Part shown: positions 37,775 to 51,286 of the stretch, piece after piece
Position numbering within the stretch: the stretch's first letter is position 1
How the letters are laid out: every line of letters starts with the position of its first letter
Source of the DNA: Callorhinchus milii
Taxonomy: Eukaryota
NCBI RefSeq assembly: GCF_018977255.1
Contig: NW_024704742.1
Coordinates: 127,722,001 to 127,786,000, forward strand
Length of the DNA: 64,000 nt
Direction of reading: 5' to 3'
Position numbers and translations under genes: made by a program
The notes under the pieces: model-generated
Told to the model about the DNA's origin: nothing
What the model saw: only the letters and a program-made list of their open reading frames with translations
The model's database searches: none

Positions 37775-38192
37775 GACCCCATCCCCCAGAGGATGGAGTT
37801 CAAAATCCTCATCCTTGCCTTCAAAGCCCTCCACGGACTTGCTGCTCCCTACCTTATATATCCTGTCCATTCCCTCCACTCAGTGGGCTCCAGCCTGCTC
37901 CATGTCCCCCACCATGGGTAGCTGTCCTTCAGCTTCTTTGCCCTCACCCTTTGGTACTCCACCCCACAGTCCTTTTGCCTTGCTGCCACCCTTGCCTCCT
38001 TCAAGACACATCTCAAGATCCTCCTCTTCGACTGCACCTTCAGACACCCTCCTACCACTAGCCTCCATACTCTCCCTACTCTTTACCCCTCCTGAACCCA
38101 CAGCTCGGGTCCAAATCCTTGATTGTCGAGCACCTTGGTACGTCCTCCCGACCTGAAAGACGCTATACAAATGTCATTTGTTGTTGTTGTTG
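37775..38192 (+). mobile_element. L2 3' fragment
   Basis: PIPQRMEFKILILAFKALHGLA peptide, stem-loop and (GTT)n. Confidence 0.88.
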
Positions 38193-38551
38193 TCATCCCA
38201 TATAAAATAATAAAAATAGCATTTCCATAACAAAAAATGTGCATTTACATAGCATCTTTTACATCAGGATGGTTACAAAGTACTTCATAGAATCAATTGT
38301 GAGCCCAAGCAGGGAGTGGTGAGCTGAGGAAGGTGAGTGGAAAAGGTGATAAAAGTAATTTGACATGGAATCTAAAGGAGAACTAAAATTTTCTGTAAAT
38401 TAATAAAATGATCCCTCTTAAGATGTTTTAGCGAGATGACTATTTTCCCCTCAGAGCTTCGGAAGTGAAATCATACAAAGTTACATGTATTACAGAGCTT
38501 TTCTGTGGTCATGTGAGGTTCGTGCTTGGATTTGATGCACTTGTTTTCATG

Positions 38552-38643
38552 TCAGCCTGGCTGACTTGGTAGCATTCTAGCCTCTGGGTAAGAAAGATGT
38601 GAGTTCAAGCCCAACATCGGGACTTTGAGCTCATGATCTAGGC
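38552..38643 (+). mobile_element. DeuSINE 5' part (continues at 39486-39910)
   Basis: tRNA head split by the hAT insertion; the Deu core resumes after 39493. Confidence 0.75.
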
Positions 38644-39485
38644 TAGGGTGGTCCCACCTTTTGGCTCCTGAGAGCTGGATGCCGGATTTGAGAAACATCT
38701 GTGGGTTGCATAAGCACTATTTTTTGTGTTTCCATTCCAGAAAATATAGTCAATTCATTTTACAGAATTCATATTCTGTGAAGTGTTTTGAGATGTCTGA
38801 CATGAACCAAAGTGGAGTTCTGTAACTCAGTGGTTAGGGCACTTGTCTTACAAGCGAGACACCCGGGTAGGGCAAAACGTTGGGCAAGTTTCCTTACTCC
38901 ACATGCCTTTGTTTACCTAGCAGTAAGTAGGAACCCAGTTGTTAGTCAATTGGCGGATCGTTTTTCTGGGGATAATAATCCCTTCAAATTTTTTTAAAAA
39001 TGTGGTTACTCAATCCACGACTGTTTATGGGACACTGCTGTGCGCAATTGGCTGCCGGTTTTGCCCACAAAAAATATAGTCAATTCACTTTACAGTATAT
39101 TCTGTGAAGCGTTTTGAGACGTCTCGAAGATGTGATAAGGCGCTATATCAAATGCAAGAATTATTATTATTATTAAAGCCCTCTATTTTCACATCTACCT
39201 TGTGCTTCTTATTGAGACTAATAGCTCTGCAGTTTTAGAATTGCAAAGTATGCAACAAGACCTTATTAAAATCCTTCTGCTGCTCCTTCCTCTCTTCTGG
39301 TTGTACGAGGCTCTAGGCCGTGAGGAGAGTGACGGGAAGAGGGGTGGGGCAGGAGGTATGACTGACCGGAAGAGAATCGCATCCGGGAGGTAAAACAATG
39401 AACTCAGAAATGATTTGTGGGCTGGATAAAATCATCCCCTCCCTGAGCCGGATGTGGCCCGTGTGCTGCCAGTTGAACCACTCTG
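38644..39485. mobile_element. Non-autonomous hAT DNA transposon (Charlie-type MITE) with 8-bp TSD ATCTAGGC
   Basis: TSD at 38636-38643 and 39486-39493. Ends TAGGGTGGTCCCAC / GTTGAACCACTCTG are imperfect TIRs. Subterminal GCCGGAT/TGGCCCG motifs. Confidence 0.8.
38813..39174 (+). mobile_element. SINE family A inside the hAT element
   Basis: Head, body and (ATT)n tail. Confidence 0.9.
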
Positions 39486-41107
39486 ATCTAGGCTGATGCA
39501 CCACTGTAGTCTAGGGGAGCACTGCATTACATGAGATGCTAAACCGCTCAGGATATTAAAGATCCCATGGTAATATTTGAAAAGAGGAAGGAGATTCTCC
39601 CAATGTCTTGATCAGCAATACACCAGGTTGAAAAAATCACTTCAATGGTTGTTTTTTGAGCCATTGCTGTGTGCAAATTGGTAACTGCATTTGTTAGGAA
39701 CATACAGTTACTACACTTTAAACAATAATAATCCTTACATTTGATATAGTAGCTTTCACATCAGGAGGATGTCTTGACTGTGCATTTTGTAGGCAAATGT
39801 GGCAGCCAATTTGCACGCAGTAATATTCCACAAACAGCTATGAAAGCTCTGTGAAGACCTTTGAGATATTTTGATGTGATAAGGTACTATATCAAATACG
39901 GAGATTTATATTATTATAGAGCCCCACTTTATGTCTCTTTGTGCAGGGAGAGCTAATCTACATCAGGGTAAATAAAGACATTTCTGACAATGATCCATCA
40001 AACTGTGCTTTAGACTTAAGTCAATCCTCCCGTCTTTGAATTGCCCAGTTTGACGTGATATGCAGTGTTCCCGCTGTTTGTTATTATCACTTTCACAGAG
40101 TCGTTTGTTCCCTTGAATAAATACAGACAATCTTCATCTTTTGTTTTCCCCTTTGACACAGTTCTCTGATCTTTCTGAGAATCCTTGGGCTTGCACGGCT
40201 AGTCAGGCTTTCAAGTGTTAGTCAGCTGTCACTTCAATTTACAGGGTGCTCCATGATCTTACATCTGACAGGTCGGTGCCAGATATCTTGATACATAATG
40301 CAAGCACCAGTTGATTGCCCAATCGACACAAAATGCTTATTGAGGGATTTCACTGAGAAATTACTTTACAAATTTATGGCAAAACCCCTTGTGTGTTTTG
40401 GCCTTTTCAGTGCTTCATAATTTATTTTTAAGTGTGATGAATTATTTTAAAATAGCAGCTGCTTTTAAACTCTACCAATCTGGTTTAAAATCCAGCAATT
40501 TATTGCTTTACACTAATGAAAGACGGAAGCTTCCGTTATTGAACAGCAACATTCCTAAATCTAGGGCAAAGAATTAATTTGGCAGAAGTATTGATGTTAC
40601 ACCTTAATAAATAAATTAAAGCAAAATTCATCTGTTCACTGGATAAAAATAGATCTCATTCAAGCATTAAGAAAGATCTTGGAGGAAAAAAAACAAACCC
40701 TCCAGGTTATACTTTGCAAGGAAAGACATTGCCAAACGCAGCCTTCACATTTTTTATTATGGGTCAGCACGTATTATGGGAGCTATCTGAGCACCATTGG
40801 GAGGGGCAGCAATCAGCACACTGCTTGTGGAAATAGCAGCTCTAGTCACCCTCACAGCAGCTTAAAACAAGTGCATTTTCCCTTGTCGGTATTCAGACTA
40901 CAGCAAAAGCTTACGAGACCAAGGAATTCAAAGCACCGACAGTAGGCTTGAACCCTGACTCAGAGGCGAGAATGCTACCAACCAATATGATTCATAATGT
41001 TGGGATATTGTATTTTTTATATCGATCCAATTAATATTGCTGCTGCTTAATTTTTGTTTTCTTTATATCTTGGTTCTGCTCCTTGTTTTAATCTGTTTTG
41101 GCTGCTA

Positions 41108-41350
41108 TTCATAGGATCATACAGCACACAAGGAGGCCATTTGACTCATCATGTCTGTGCCGGTTCTTTGAAAAGTGCTACCCAAATCAATCCCATTCCC
41201 CGCTCTCTCCCCTGCAAACATGTCCTCCCCAAATAATTATCTACTTCTCTCTTAAAAGTAGTTATTGAATTGGCTTCCACCACCCTTTCAGGCAATGCAT
41301 TCCATATCCGAACAACTCGCTGTGTGAAAAAATTTCTCCTCACCTCCCCT
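41108..41350 (-). mobile_element. CR1 LINE 3' end
   Basis: RRNFFTQRVVRIWNALPERVVEANSITTFKREVDNYL peptide. Confidence 0.88.
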
Positions 41351-43302
41351 CTGTGGACAAATGTCTTGAATGGAGTACTACTCACTGAGTAAAGACTCTA
41401 ACAATAAAGGAAGCAATTAACGCTGGTTGTAATACTAATAATAATTCTTACATTTGATATAGCATCTTGCCCATCGGGCGGACATCTCAAAGTGCTTCAC
41501 AGAATGTACTGTAAGTGTAGGATGGTGTGTTTCATGAGCTGTAGCAATATAAGGGCAAGTCTGAGTTGTCCTTATCAAGGTTCCAGGTCTAATATTGAAA
41601 GAAATTGGCCTGCTGCAATGAACATAATCTAACCCTGGGAAAAGTGCGCCATTTACTATCAACAAAATATAATGTACTGGTGGAGGATGAGTACTTCCGT
41701 CCAAGCTAGCGAGTGACAAAGACACGGTCAACCGGAAAATAACCCAATAATTGTGGCTGCCTTGCTAATAGAGCATCTGAGCACCGAGGAGCAAGGCAGA
41801 TCCTTGCTGTTCTAGCGAGCAGATGTCTGGTATTTAATAGCGGTATTGCAGTAAAAAAGAATTCCAATTAAGTCTCTGCAGGCTTGTCTTCCCTCTCTCT
41901 GCTCGGGGCACAATGACACAGAAATATAGTACACAATGTATACTGAATAAAATGTAAAGGAAATAGGGTGAAAGAACATTTAAAGGGATGGGCTTTTTTT
42001 TAACACAGCTGATTGTATTTCAATTCATGTAGTTTTGTTCTAGCTCTGCAGAAATTTAACCAGGGACGCACTTAACCTCAGGGCAAAGCTTCACTGCAAA
42101 CTCCTCAGCCCACTGTCTGGAGCCACAAACCCTCTCATAATAGAAATGATCAAAGTGTATTTTGCAGGAAACTAGCCTTTGAAAATTAAATATTCCAGTG
42201 GTGAATTTCATCTTCATTATAAACGGGATACATCAAGGGTAAATGTGAGCGAAGTTTAGATTAACCCTTCAAGTATCAAAGATGTCTGAAGCATTTGAAA
42301 GATCCACACTGATGTAACTCCAAAACTGTACAATTTTAATTATAATAATAATCCTTATATTTGATATAGCACCTTTCAAATAGTGAAATGGGATCTTTAA
42401 CGTTCACATGAACAGGTAGATAGGAACTTGATTTTATGTTTTGTCCGATGTGGCGCTTGTACACACAATCTTCTGACTCAGAGACGAGAGTGCTACCACC
42501 TGAGCCAGGCTGTCACTTACAAGCAGAGGTACAGAAATATATTGAACCTTAAATCTTTTTTTGGTATTCTAGCAATGCTCCTGAAATTCTCTGGGTTTAT
42601 TAAAACATTCAGGTGCTGAACCACTCTTCCGAGCTGGTCTGACATGTGGCCACATGTAAAGCTTTCATGAACTTCTCGCTTATGGCTTGTCAGGTTAAAG
42701 CACTCGTAATATAAACATTGCAATCCTCTGTCTTAAATGATGTATTTCTGTTTATATCAAGGGTCAACTTTCCTTCTGTAACACAGATGCTTTTTTGAAA
42801 GTTTCCTTGGCCCATGCATACCATTCATCAGATGTTAATACAGGCAAGATTTCCAAAGGTACAGACTTTATTACATTCTTGTTGAATTAGCGGCATGTTG
42901 GGAAAACAATTTAAACATTAGATTACAGTGTTTTTATTCTACTGGCTTTTTCAAGTCAACCAAACCATTATGCAATTGAAATTTAACCGGGCAATGGGGC
43001 AAAAATGGAATTAATTGTGCAGTGGAGAAAGAAAAATGCAGCATTATGACAAAAAATAATAAGAATTCCTTGATTTTGATATATCACCTCAATACATTAT
43101 CAAGATGTCTCACTTCACAAAGTGTATTTATAACAATAATAATCATAATTATAATAATCCTTGCATTTAATGTAGACCTTTTCACATCAGAAGGATGTCT
43201 TAAAGCGCTTGGCAGGATTTATTGTAAAGTGTAGTGATGGTATTTGTAGGCAAATTAAATTAAAAGGTACAGGATCTTCATAGTCACGTTATTTCTCTCA
43301 AT

Positions 43303-43560
43303 TTGGCTCAGTTGTTAGCACTCTTGTCTCTGAGTCAGAAGGTTGCAGGGTCAAGCCCCACTCACATAGTCTGGGCTAACACTCCAATGTGGCCCTGGGT
43401 GTGCGCTGCATTGTTGGAGGTGAGATGGATTAGACGTGAAGCCGAGGTCCTCTCTGCCTGTTCAGGCAGATGTTAAAGATCCTGTGGCACTGTTCGAAAA
43501 TGGGCTGGGAGTTTCTCCTGGTGTCCTGGCTACTAATCTTCAAAATAAAATGATCCATTC
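43303..43560 (+). mobile_element. DeuSINE 5' part
   Basis: TGGCTCAGTTGTTAGCACTC head and Deu core. Confidence 0.8.
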
Positions 43561-44261
43561 ACACATGAGAAAATGCCTCTTGGTCTGTTTGTCAAGTGGT
43601 GTCAACTAAGAGTCCATTTCTTTGGGGAAAAAAGAGGATACATTTGGGAGAATATTATTAAAACTTATATAGGATCAGCCTCACAGAAGGAGGAAACTGG
43701 AGAGTTGAGCCAGTTTAAGTTGCTTTCACGTACTTCTTAACAACATGGATAGAATCCTGGGCGTCAATCTGTCTGTCTCCCTGCTCCATATCAGATGGAA
43801 TACTAAAGGAGAGCTGAAATAGTGAAATGAAGAATTTTTTTTGATGAAATCTGGTCAATATGAAACTTCTGGATGGAAGCTTTCTTCTGTTAGAACATTA
43901 ACAGAGACTTTATTTTTAAATCACGAAGCATTGCAACTTTAAGCCCCAACTGGTACAACATGACACCTGCTCCAGGGATTACAAAGTTCAGCTTGATCCT
44001 TTGCAGCATATCACATGTCAGAAATACACATGAGAAGCATTAAGCTACAAATGGATCCCGTGAGAAACGAAATGACACTTCAAATGTATAAGTTCCGAAA
44101 ATATGAAATAACTACATAGCTGTTGTTTGATGAAATAGATCACACATAAGATACCAGTCTACAAATTGTGGCATGTGAGGTTGAATAAATACTTGCTCTG
44201 AAGTTCTTGCAATAGATCAAGGGAATCCTTATATTGGTTATAATGTACAATATTACTACTT

Positions 44262-47200
44262 AAACAACAACAACAAAATTACATTTATAGAGTGCCTTTC
44301 ACGTCGGGAGGACGTTCCAAAGCGCTGAACAGTCAGGTGTCGGGGCCCGAGCATGGGGGAGGGGTGGTATAGGGGTGAGGGAAGGCAGAGAGGTGGGAGG
44401 GAGACCAAAGGCACAGTCGAAGAGAAGAGTCTTGAGACCGGCCTTGAAGGATGTGAGGGAGGAAGTGAGACGAAGGCACTGTGGATGGAGTTCCAGAGTG
44501 TGGGGGCAGAGCGGCTGAAAACCCGGCCACCGATGATAGGGCGGGTCGGGTGGGAGACATGGAGCAGACCGGAGACTGATGAACGGAGGGAACGGGCAGT
44601 TTGGTATGGAGTCAGCAGATCAGAGAAGTAGGAGGGGGCAAGGCAGTGGATGGCCTTAAAGGTGAGGACGAGGATCTTGAACTCGATCCTCTGGGGGTTG
44701 GGGAGACAGTGGAGTCAGGCGAGGGTGGGAGTGGTGGGTTTGCGGAGCCTGGTGCGTGAAAGTACACGAGCTGCAGAGTTTTGGATGATCTGCAGTTTGT
44801 GAAGGGAAGAGTTGAGAAGGCCGATAAGGAGGGAGTTCCCGTAATCAAGCCTTGATGTGACGAATGCATGAGTGAGGGTTTTGGCAGCCTGAGGGGTGAG
44901 GCAGTGGCGGAGTCTGGTAATGTTACAGGGGTGGCGGTAGGCAGTGCCGGTCATGGTGCGGATTTGGGGGAGAAAGGACAGTTCAGGGTCAAACAAGACC
45001 CAGGTTCCTGACTGGCTTAGTGAGGTTGAGTGTGCAGCCATGGAGGCTGATACTGCCAGTGCCTGAGGTGCAGAGGCGCTGGAGCGAGCCAATCAGGAGG
45101 GCCTCGGTCTTGTTGACTTTGAGTTGGAGAAAGTTGGCCCTCGTCCAGGACTTGATGTCGGACAGGACCTCAGTAGTCCTGGAGTTCAGGGTGGAGGCAG
45201 AGAAGTAGAGTTGGGTGTCATCCGCATACTTGTGGAAATTTACCCCATGTCTGCAAATTACGTCACCAAGGGGGAGCATATAGAGGGTGAAGAGGAGGGG
45301 ACAGAGCCCTGAGGAACACCGCACGAGAGAGTGCGGGGGCTGGAGGAGAAACCGTTTGCCGCAACAAAGTGGAGGCGGTGTAAAAGGTAAGAACTGAACC
45401 AGTCAAGGACAGAACCTTGAAGGTTGAAGTGGGAGGAGAGGCGGTGGAGGAGGATTGGTCCACTGTGTCAAAGCTGGCGGTGAGGTTGAAGAGGACGAGG
45501 AGGCAGAGGGAGCCCTGGTCACACCTGGTCAGGATATCGTTTGTGACCTTGACCAGAGCAGTTTCCAATTGGAGGGGCTCATAAAGGGAGTGAGAGGAGA
45601 CGAAAGAGCGAAGCTGGGAGGCAACAGCTCTCTCTTGGGTAGGAAGGGGAGATTTGAGATGGGCCGGTAGCTAGATAGCTGTGATGGGTCGAGGGAAGGT
45701 TTTTTCAAGGTGGCAGTGATAGTGGCCGTTTTGAGGGAGAAGGAACAGTGCCAGATGACAGGGAGAGGTTAATGATATTGGCGAGTAGTGGGGCATGGAG
45801 GTGGAGCTGGGATTTAAGGAGAGGGGTTGGGATAGGATCGAGGGAGCAGGTGGTGGACTTCATGGAGGTTACTGTGTTGAAGATAGAGGAGGGGGTGACA
45901 GGTTCAAAGGTGTGGAAGGAAGGATGGGTAATTGTCGGATAGGTAATTCTGTGGGGTGGGGGTAGGGAGGGGTTGGAAGTTGGGGGGGCAGTGACAGCTG
46001 TGAGAATTGGAGGTGTGTCGGGGAGGGCGGAGGACCCGGTTAGTGGTGGAGAACAGGAGCCTGGGATTGCCATTTGCCTCCAGGATTAACCTGGAGTAGA
46101 AGGATGATTTGGCTGAGGGAGAGCAGAGCAGTAGGTTTTGATGAGGTCCAGCCAGATGTGGTGGTGGACTGTTCATTCAGAACTCTGCAGCTCGTGTACT
46201 GTCCCGCACCAGGCTTCGGGACCACATCACTCCCACCCTCGTTCACCTCCACTGGCTCCCCATCCCCCAGAGGATCGATTTCAAGATCCTCATCCTCACC
46301 TACAGGGCCATTCACGGCCTTGCTCCCTCCTACCTCTCCGACCTACTATCCCCCTACCTACCTGCCCGTACCCTCCGTTCCTCTGGCTCCGGTCTACTCC
46401 ACATCCCCCACCCCAACCGCCCTACCATTGGTGGCCGGACCTTCAGCCTCTCAGCCCCTAGGCTCTGGAACTCTATCCCCCAGTGCCTTCGCCTTGCCTC
46501 CTCCCTTTCCTCCTTCAAGGCCGGTCTCAAGACCTTTCTCTTTGACCGTGTTTTCAGCTCCCCTCTCGACTCTCTACCCCCTCCTCGCTCCCTCCCTTCC
46601 CTCCCCTCACCCTGACCATTTCCCCCTTGCTTGGGTCCTGACTCAACTGTACAGCGCCTTGGGACATCCTCCCGATGTGAAAGGCGCTCTATAACTGGAA
46701 TCTTGTTGTTGTTGTTGTTAGGCCGGATTTGACCCAAGTGCGTTTGACAGACCGCACCTGGCCCTTAAGCAAGTGAAGGTGGCTGGAGAACTAGGGTGAG
46801 GAACGGGAATAGGAGGCAATTCGGGAGGTGAGTGGGGCAAGGATGTCGAGTGTGGTGGAGAGGGTGCTGTGGAGAAGAGTGAGTGCTGTGAGTGGATTGT
46901 TGTGAGAGGTGTGCCAGAGGGGAAGGAGATCAGAGGACTCCAGGGCAGCAGAGAGGGATTGCGGGGAGATCTTCTTCCACAGGCGGTATCAAATGGTGGT
47001 AGGTTTGGAGGCAGCGGGGAGAGGGATATGGGAGTTGAGGGAGATGAAATGGTGGTCAGAGATGGCCTTGTCAGTGATGGTGACATCCAAGACACTGAGG
47101 CCTCGGTGATCACTAGGTCGAGCGGGTGACCGTGGGTGTGGGTAGCAGAGTGGATGTGGAAGGAGAGGTTGAGAGAGGAGAGGAGAGAGGAGAAGTTTGA

Positions 47201-47295
47201 GGAGATGGAGCAGGAGGGGGTGAATTGGAGGTTGAAGTCGCCTAGGATGATGAGGTGGTCAGAGCAGAGGTTGAGGGAAGCAAAGAGAGTGGAGG
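44262..47295 (-). mobile_element. Long degenerate L2 copy (APE to RT to tail, frameshifted), interrupted by a younger L2
   Basis: Broken ORFs with [19 protein letters not shown] and [13 protein letters not shown] region at 46720-47295; (CAA)n at ~44262. Confidence 0.93.
46174..46719 (+). mobile_element. Young 5'-truncated L2 inserted antisense into the older L2
   Basis: Highly similar to the 3' end of the full-length element; the host sequence rejoins as GTGGACTGTT|AGGCCGGATTTGAC. Confidence 0.93.
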
Positions 47296-47539
47296 TTAGG
47301 TTTCCCCACCAATAACACCAAGTTACTACAGTACTGTCTTAGTGAATCTTGTTGTGAACAAGATGCTTAACCTCTCTCCAAATAGCATTCGAGGAAAGCT
47401 AGATGCTAACTTTAAAGATAAACTTACACTGGAGTGTTAGCGCTCTATCCCATTCTGGAATTTTGCAGAAAATACAATGACATTAAGTATTATCTTGAAA
47501 TCTCTGACTGATAATGGGCATTTGCCACCAGCGTTTGCC

Positions 47540-47820
47540 ACAGGGTGAAAACTTAGGCAAGTTTCCTTAACACACGGCACTGTTTACCTAGCAGTAAATA
47601 GGAACCCGCCTGTTAGTCAATTGGCGGATTGCTTTCCAGGGGTAATAATCCCTCCAAAAAAAAATAATAATTTGGTCACTCAACCCATGACTGCTTGTGG
47701 GACACTGCTATGTTCAAACGGTTGCCATGTTTTGCCCACAAAATGCACAGTCACTACACTTTACAGTATATTCTGTGAAGCTCTTTAAGACGCCTCGAAG
47801 ATGTGATCAGGTGCTATATT
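47540..47820 (+). mobile_element. SINE family A (headless)
   Basis: Body and tail present. Confidence 0.8.
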
Positions 47821-47921
47821 AGAATGAATTGATTATTTGATGATATGTTGGTAGCAGAAGAAATGGTCAACAGAACTTGGGAGAATACAGCACTCCCACT
47901 AAGGTAACAATGTTTTTTTGA

Positions 47922-48778
47922 GACGTCCTCCTGATGTGAAAAGTGCTATATCAAATGCAATGATTATTTATTATTAAGTGTAGAAAATGATCAATTTCAG
48001 ACTGACACTGTTGCCTTTCAGTTTGGTCAATGACACATGAGGAAACACATCCTATTGTGTGGTAATTTCCCTGTGTCTGGAATGGAATGCACACTCTCTT
48101 CCTGGAGGGAGGTACCCCCCTTATCTAATCCCAGAAACATTAGGTGCAGGTCATTAAGAGCTAAGCCTTGGGGACCCCAAAGTGTGCAACCAACTAAAAT
48201 TGTGCAATTTGGGAACACTGTCTAGCAAGCTTCCCACTTCCTGTCCAGCTTAATTCACCTGACCCATTCAAGGCTTTGATTTGCAGGGTTAACAGGAGTG
48301 GAATGGAAAGATGTTCTTAATGACTGATCTGCCCCCACAAGACCTGTCAATGAGCCAGAGTATCTGGATTTTAGAGCAGTGTGGATCCACCTGGCTCAGG
48401 AAGCAGACACCCACGACCACCACTGAGAATGGACTTGATTCCAATATCCCATTGCCACGCATGTCACGTTGTCCCAAAGAGACCCGCTTACTTATCTCCC
48501 ATGAAAGATAACAGTAAAGTCCTATTCTTCATCGATTACTTTTTTAGTTTTGCTGGATAATTTGTTTTATATATGAAGGAGACAAAAGGTTTGAAACTAC
48601 TTTTAAGTGGCTGCCGCATTTGCCTACATTTTACACAATCATTACACCTTACAGTAATTCCTGTGAATACGATTTGCGACATCCTCCTGATGTGAAAGGT
48701 ACTATATCAAATGCAATGAGTATTTATTATTAAGTGTAGAAAATGATCAATTTCAGACTGACACTGTTGCCTTTCAGT
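47922..48778 (+). repeat. ~100-bp direct duplication (47922-48022 and 48678-48778)
   Basis: SINE tail plus 46 bp of identical unique flank, offset 756 bp. Confidence 0.9.
48023..48320 (-). repeat. Family X copy
   Basis: TGGAATGGAATGCACACTCTCTTCCTGGAGGGA...AAGCCTTGGGGACCCC. Confidence 0.7.
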
Positions 48779-49457
48779 GTTGCTTTTCACCGAAAGACAT
48801 TTCTTCAAGCTTGCCAGATTTGAAATGAACAGCTAAGGGCATGTCTTAATCCCAGTCCTCTGCACTCTCACAGACTAAATATACTCGCTCATTGTTTGAG
48901 AGAATGTTTCTCATCTGGAGAAGCAAATGCACATTTCCAGAGTGCTGACCTCGATTATACCCCAACCCATGGCAAAAACTACTAATTAATAGGGATCTCA
49001 GCAGTGAGACTCAAAACCCATTAATCATCCATCAGATTGCTTGTGATATGTTCATTACCCACTAACCCATATGCTATAACTAGTCAATTAATTCACAATA
49101 GGCAATATTATTCTTGGGCTGTGAATTTAATTAATAAATTGCTGTCAGTTAACACAGTGTCATGAAATTAATGAAAATATTTGCTAGATATCATTAGAGC
49201 CTTTTATCAGTAAATCATTCAGTAATGCAAAAAAAACTTTCAAAAAGCATTCTGAAAATTCTCACTGATAAACGGGCAAATAGAGCTCAATTATTCAACT
49301 TAGAATTCCTTTTGAGTTTGGTCCTGTGAAAGCTTATGGAACAAAAGGGAAAAGAGTATTTGTATTGAAAGGTTTTATTTGGCATTCAAGAATGGAGCAT
49401 AGTCTATCATCAATAAGACAAAGGTAAGGGTGAATTTTTGCAGTTTTCTCAATGAGA

Positions 49458-49765
49458 TTTCCGGGCAGGGTGAAACCTTAGGCAAGTTTCCTTAATCCAC
49501 ATGCTTCTGTTTGTCTAGCAGCAAGTAGGAACCCGGTTGTTAATCGATTGGCAGATCGATTTCCTTCGGGTATTAATCCCTCCAAACAAAAAAATTGGTA
49601 ACTCAATCCGTTACTGTTTGTGGAACACTGCTGTGTGTAATTGGTTGTTGCAGTTCCCCCACAAAATACACAGTCAACCCACTTTACAATATATCCTGTG
49701 AAGTGGTTTGAAGTATCTCAATGACATGTTAAGGTGCTATGTCAAATGCAAGGATTATTATTATA
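49458..49765 (+). mobile_element. SINE family A (partial head)
   Basis: Body and tail present. Confidence 0.85.
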
Positions 49766-50424
49766 TGATGTGCTTATGGTTACCAGAAGGTGTTCCCATT
49801 TTCACTTAACAAATGCTAAAACAACTTTGACTTATCACATTGGGGATAACATCTCAAAGTACTTCACAGCAATGGAATAGAAATCCAAGGAGAGAGGTGG
49901 GTGGAATTGAGTTGACTGAAGCCAAGACTGAAAAGGTAGATTTTCAGATGGGTTTTGAAAACAGGGTGAATTTTTGGAGGAAGTTGCAGAGATTAGAGCA
50001 TCGTGGTTGAAAGCTCAATGCCAATGACAGGGAAAATGGGTCAAAGAGCCGAATGTCTCAGAATTGACTGTATGTACAATATTTCAGAAGCAGGAATTAT
50101 CACCCACTTCTGGGTCTGATCTGAAATTGAAATTGTAAGGGGAAAACAAGAAACTTTATTCATGAATCTTGCCTATAAAGACATTTTCAGCAGATTTGTA
50201 GTAATAACGAGGCACACTTCTAATCAATTTGATCGCAACCCTACTTTGGCTCCACCAGACTTTAATTCACCACCAGTGGAAAGTCATAAAATCGAATGTT
50301 AAATTGATACTATTCAAATATACCCTTGACTTGTGTATGATTGAGACACTTGACCTTATAAATCAAATAACCTATTACATATTGCAGTGATAAGACCCAT
50401 TAAATCATATCACAGATGAACATA

Positions 50425-50795
50425 CAGATCTTTAAAGTTATGAACAGTTTTATCAGAGTAAATAGGGAGAAATTATTTCCACTGGTTAGTGAGTCAGTAA
50501 CTAGAGGGCACAATTTAAAATACTTAGTGAAGTTAGTCAGCAAACGGAAGTTTAAAAGAAAAAATTCTTGCACAGAGTAATTAGGAATGGAATACCCTGC
50601 TGGGAGTAGTGGTTGAGGTCAAATCCATATTGACCTTCAAGAGGGAACTAGAGAGATATTTTGAAAAGAGTCAGCTACAGGATATGTAGCAAAGCCAGGG
50701 AAATGGGACTGAAAGGATTGCTCTTGAGGGAGCAGGCACAGATACAATGGGCCGAATAGCCTTCTTCTGTGCCATAACTTTTGATGGTTCTATGT
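50425..50795 (+). mobile_element. CR1 LINE 3' end
   Basis: EKLFPLV.ES.TRGH coding remnant and ATGGGCCGAAT.GCCT.CTTCTGTGC tail. Confidence 0.8.
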
Positions 50796-50814
50796 TTCAA
50801 TGATATGGAACTGT

Positions 50815-51286
50815 ACCCTATTACCCCCACCCTCCCCCGGTTCCACTGGCTCCCCATTCCCCGGAAGATAGAATTTAAAATCCTCAATCTCGCCTTCAAA
50901 GCCCTCCACGGCCTTGCTCCTTCCTACCTTTGTGAGATGCTAACACCATATCAGCCTGTCTGCTCCCTCCGCTCAGCAGGTTCTGACCTGCCCGCCCGCT
51001 CCACCATCAGTGATCGGGCCTTCAGCCACTCTGCTCCCACCCTTTGGAACTCCATCTCACAGTCCCTTCACCCCACTTCCTCCCTTTCCTCCTTCAAGGC
51101 CCGTCTCAAGACCTTCCTCTTCGACCGCGCCCTCCTACCACAACCCTCCCTGCCCTCCACCCCTCCTGATCCCAATTACCACCCTCCCCACCATTTGGGT
51201 CCACATCCCTTACAGTCCAGTGCCTTGGGACGTCTTCCCGACGTGAAAATCGCTATCCAAATGTAATTCATTGTTATTGTTGTTGT
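50815..51286 (+). mobile_element. L2 3' fragment
   Basis: PITPTLPRFHWLPIPRKIEFKIL...[13 protein letters not shown]; stem-loop and tail. Confidence 0.9.

Noticed and set aside
39197..39312. Exon-like minus segment (SLVQPEERKEQQKDFNK...)
   Set aside because: It lies inside the hAT MITE bounded by the TSD.
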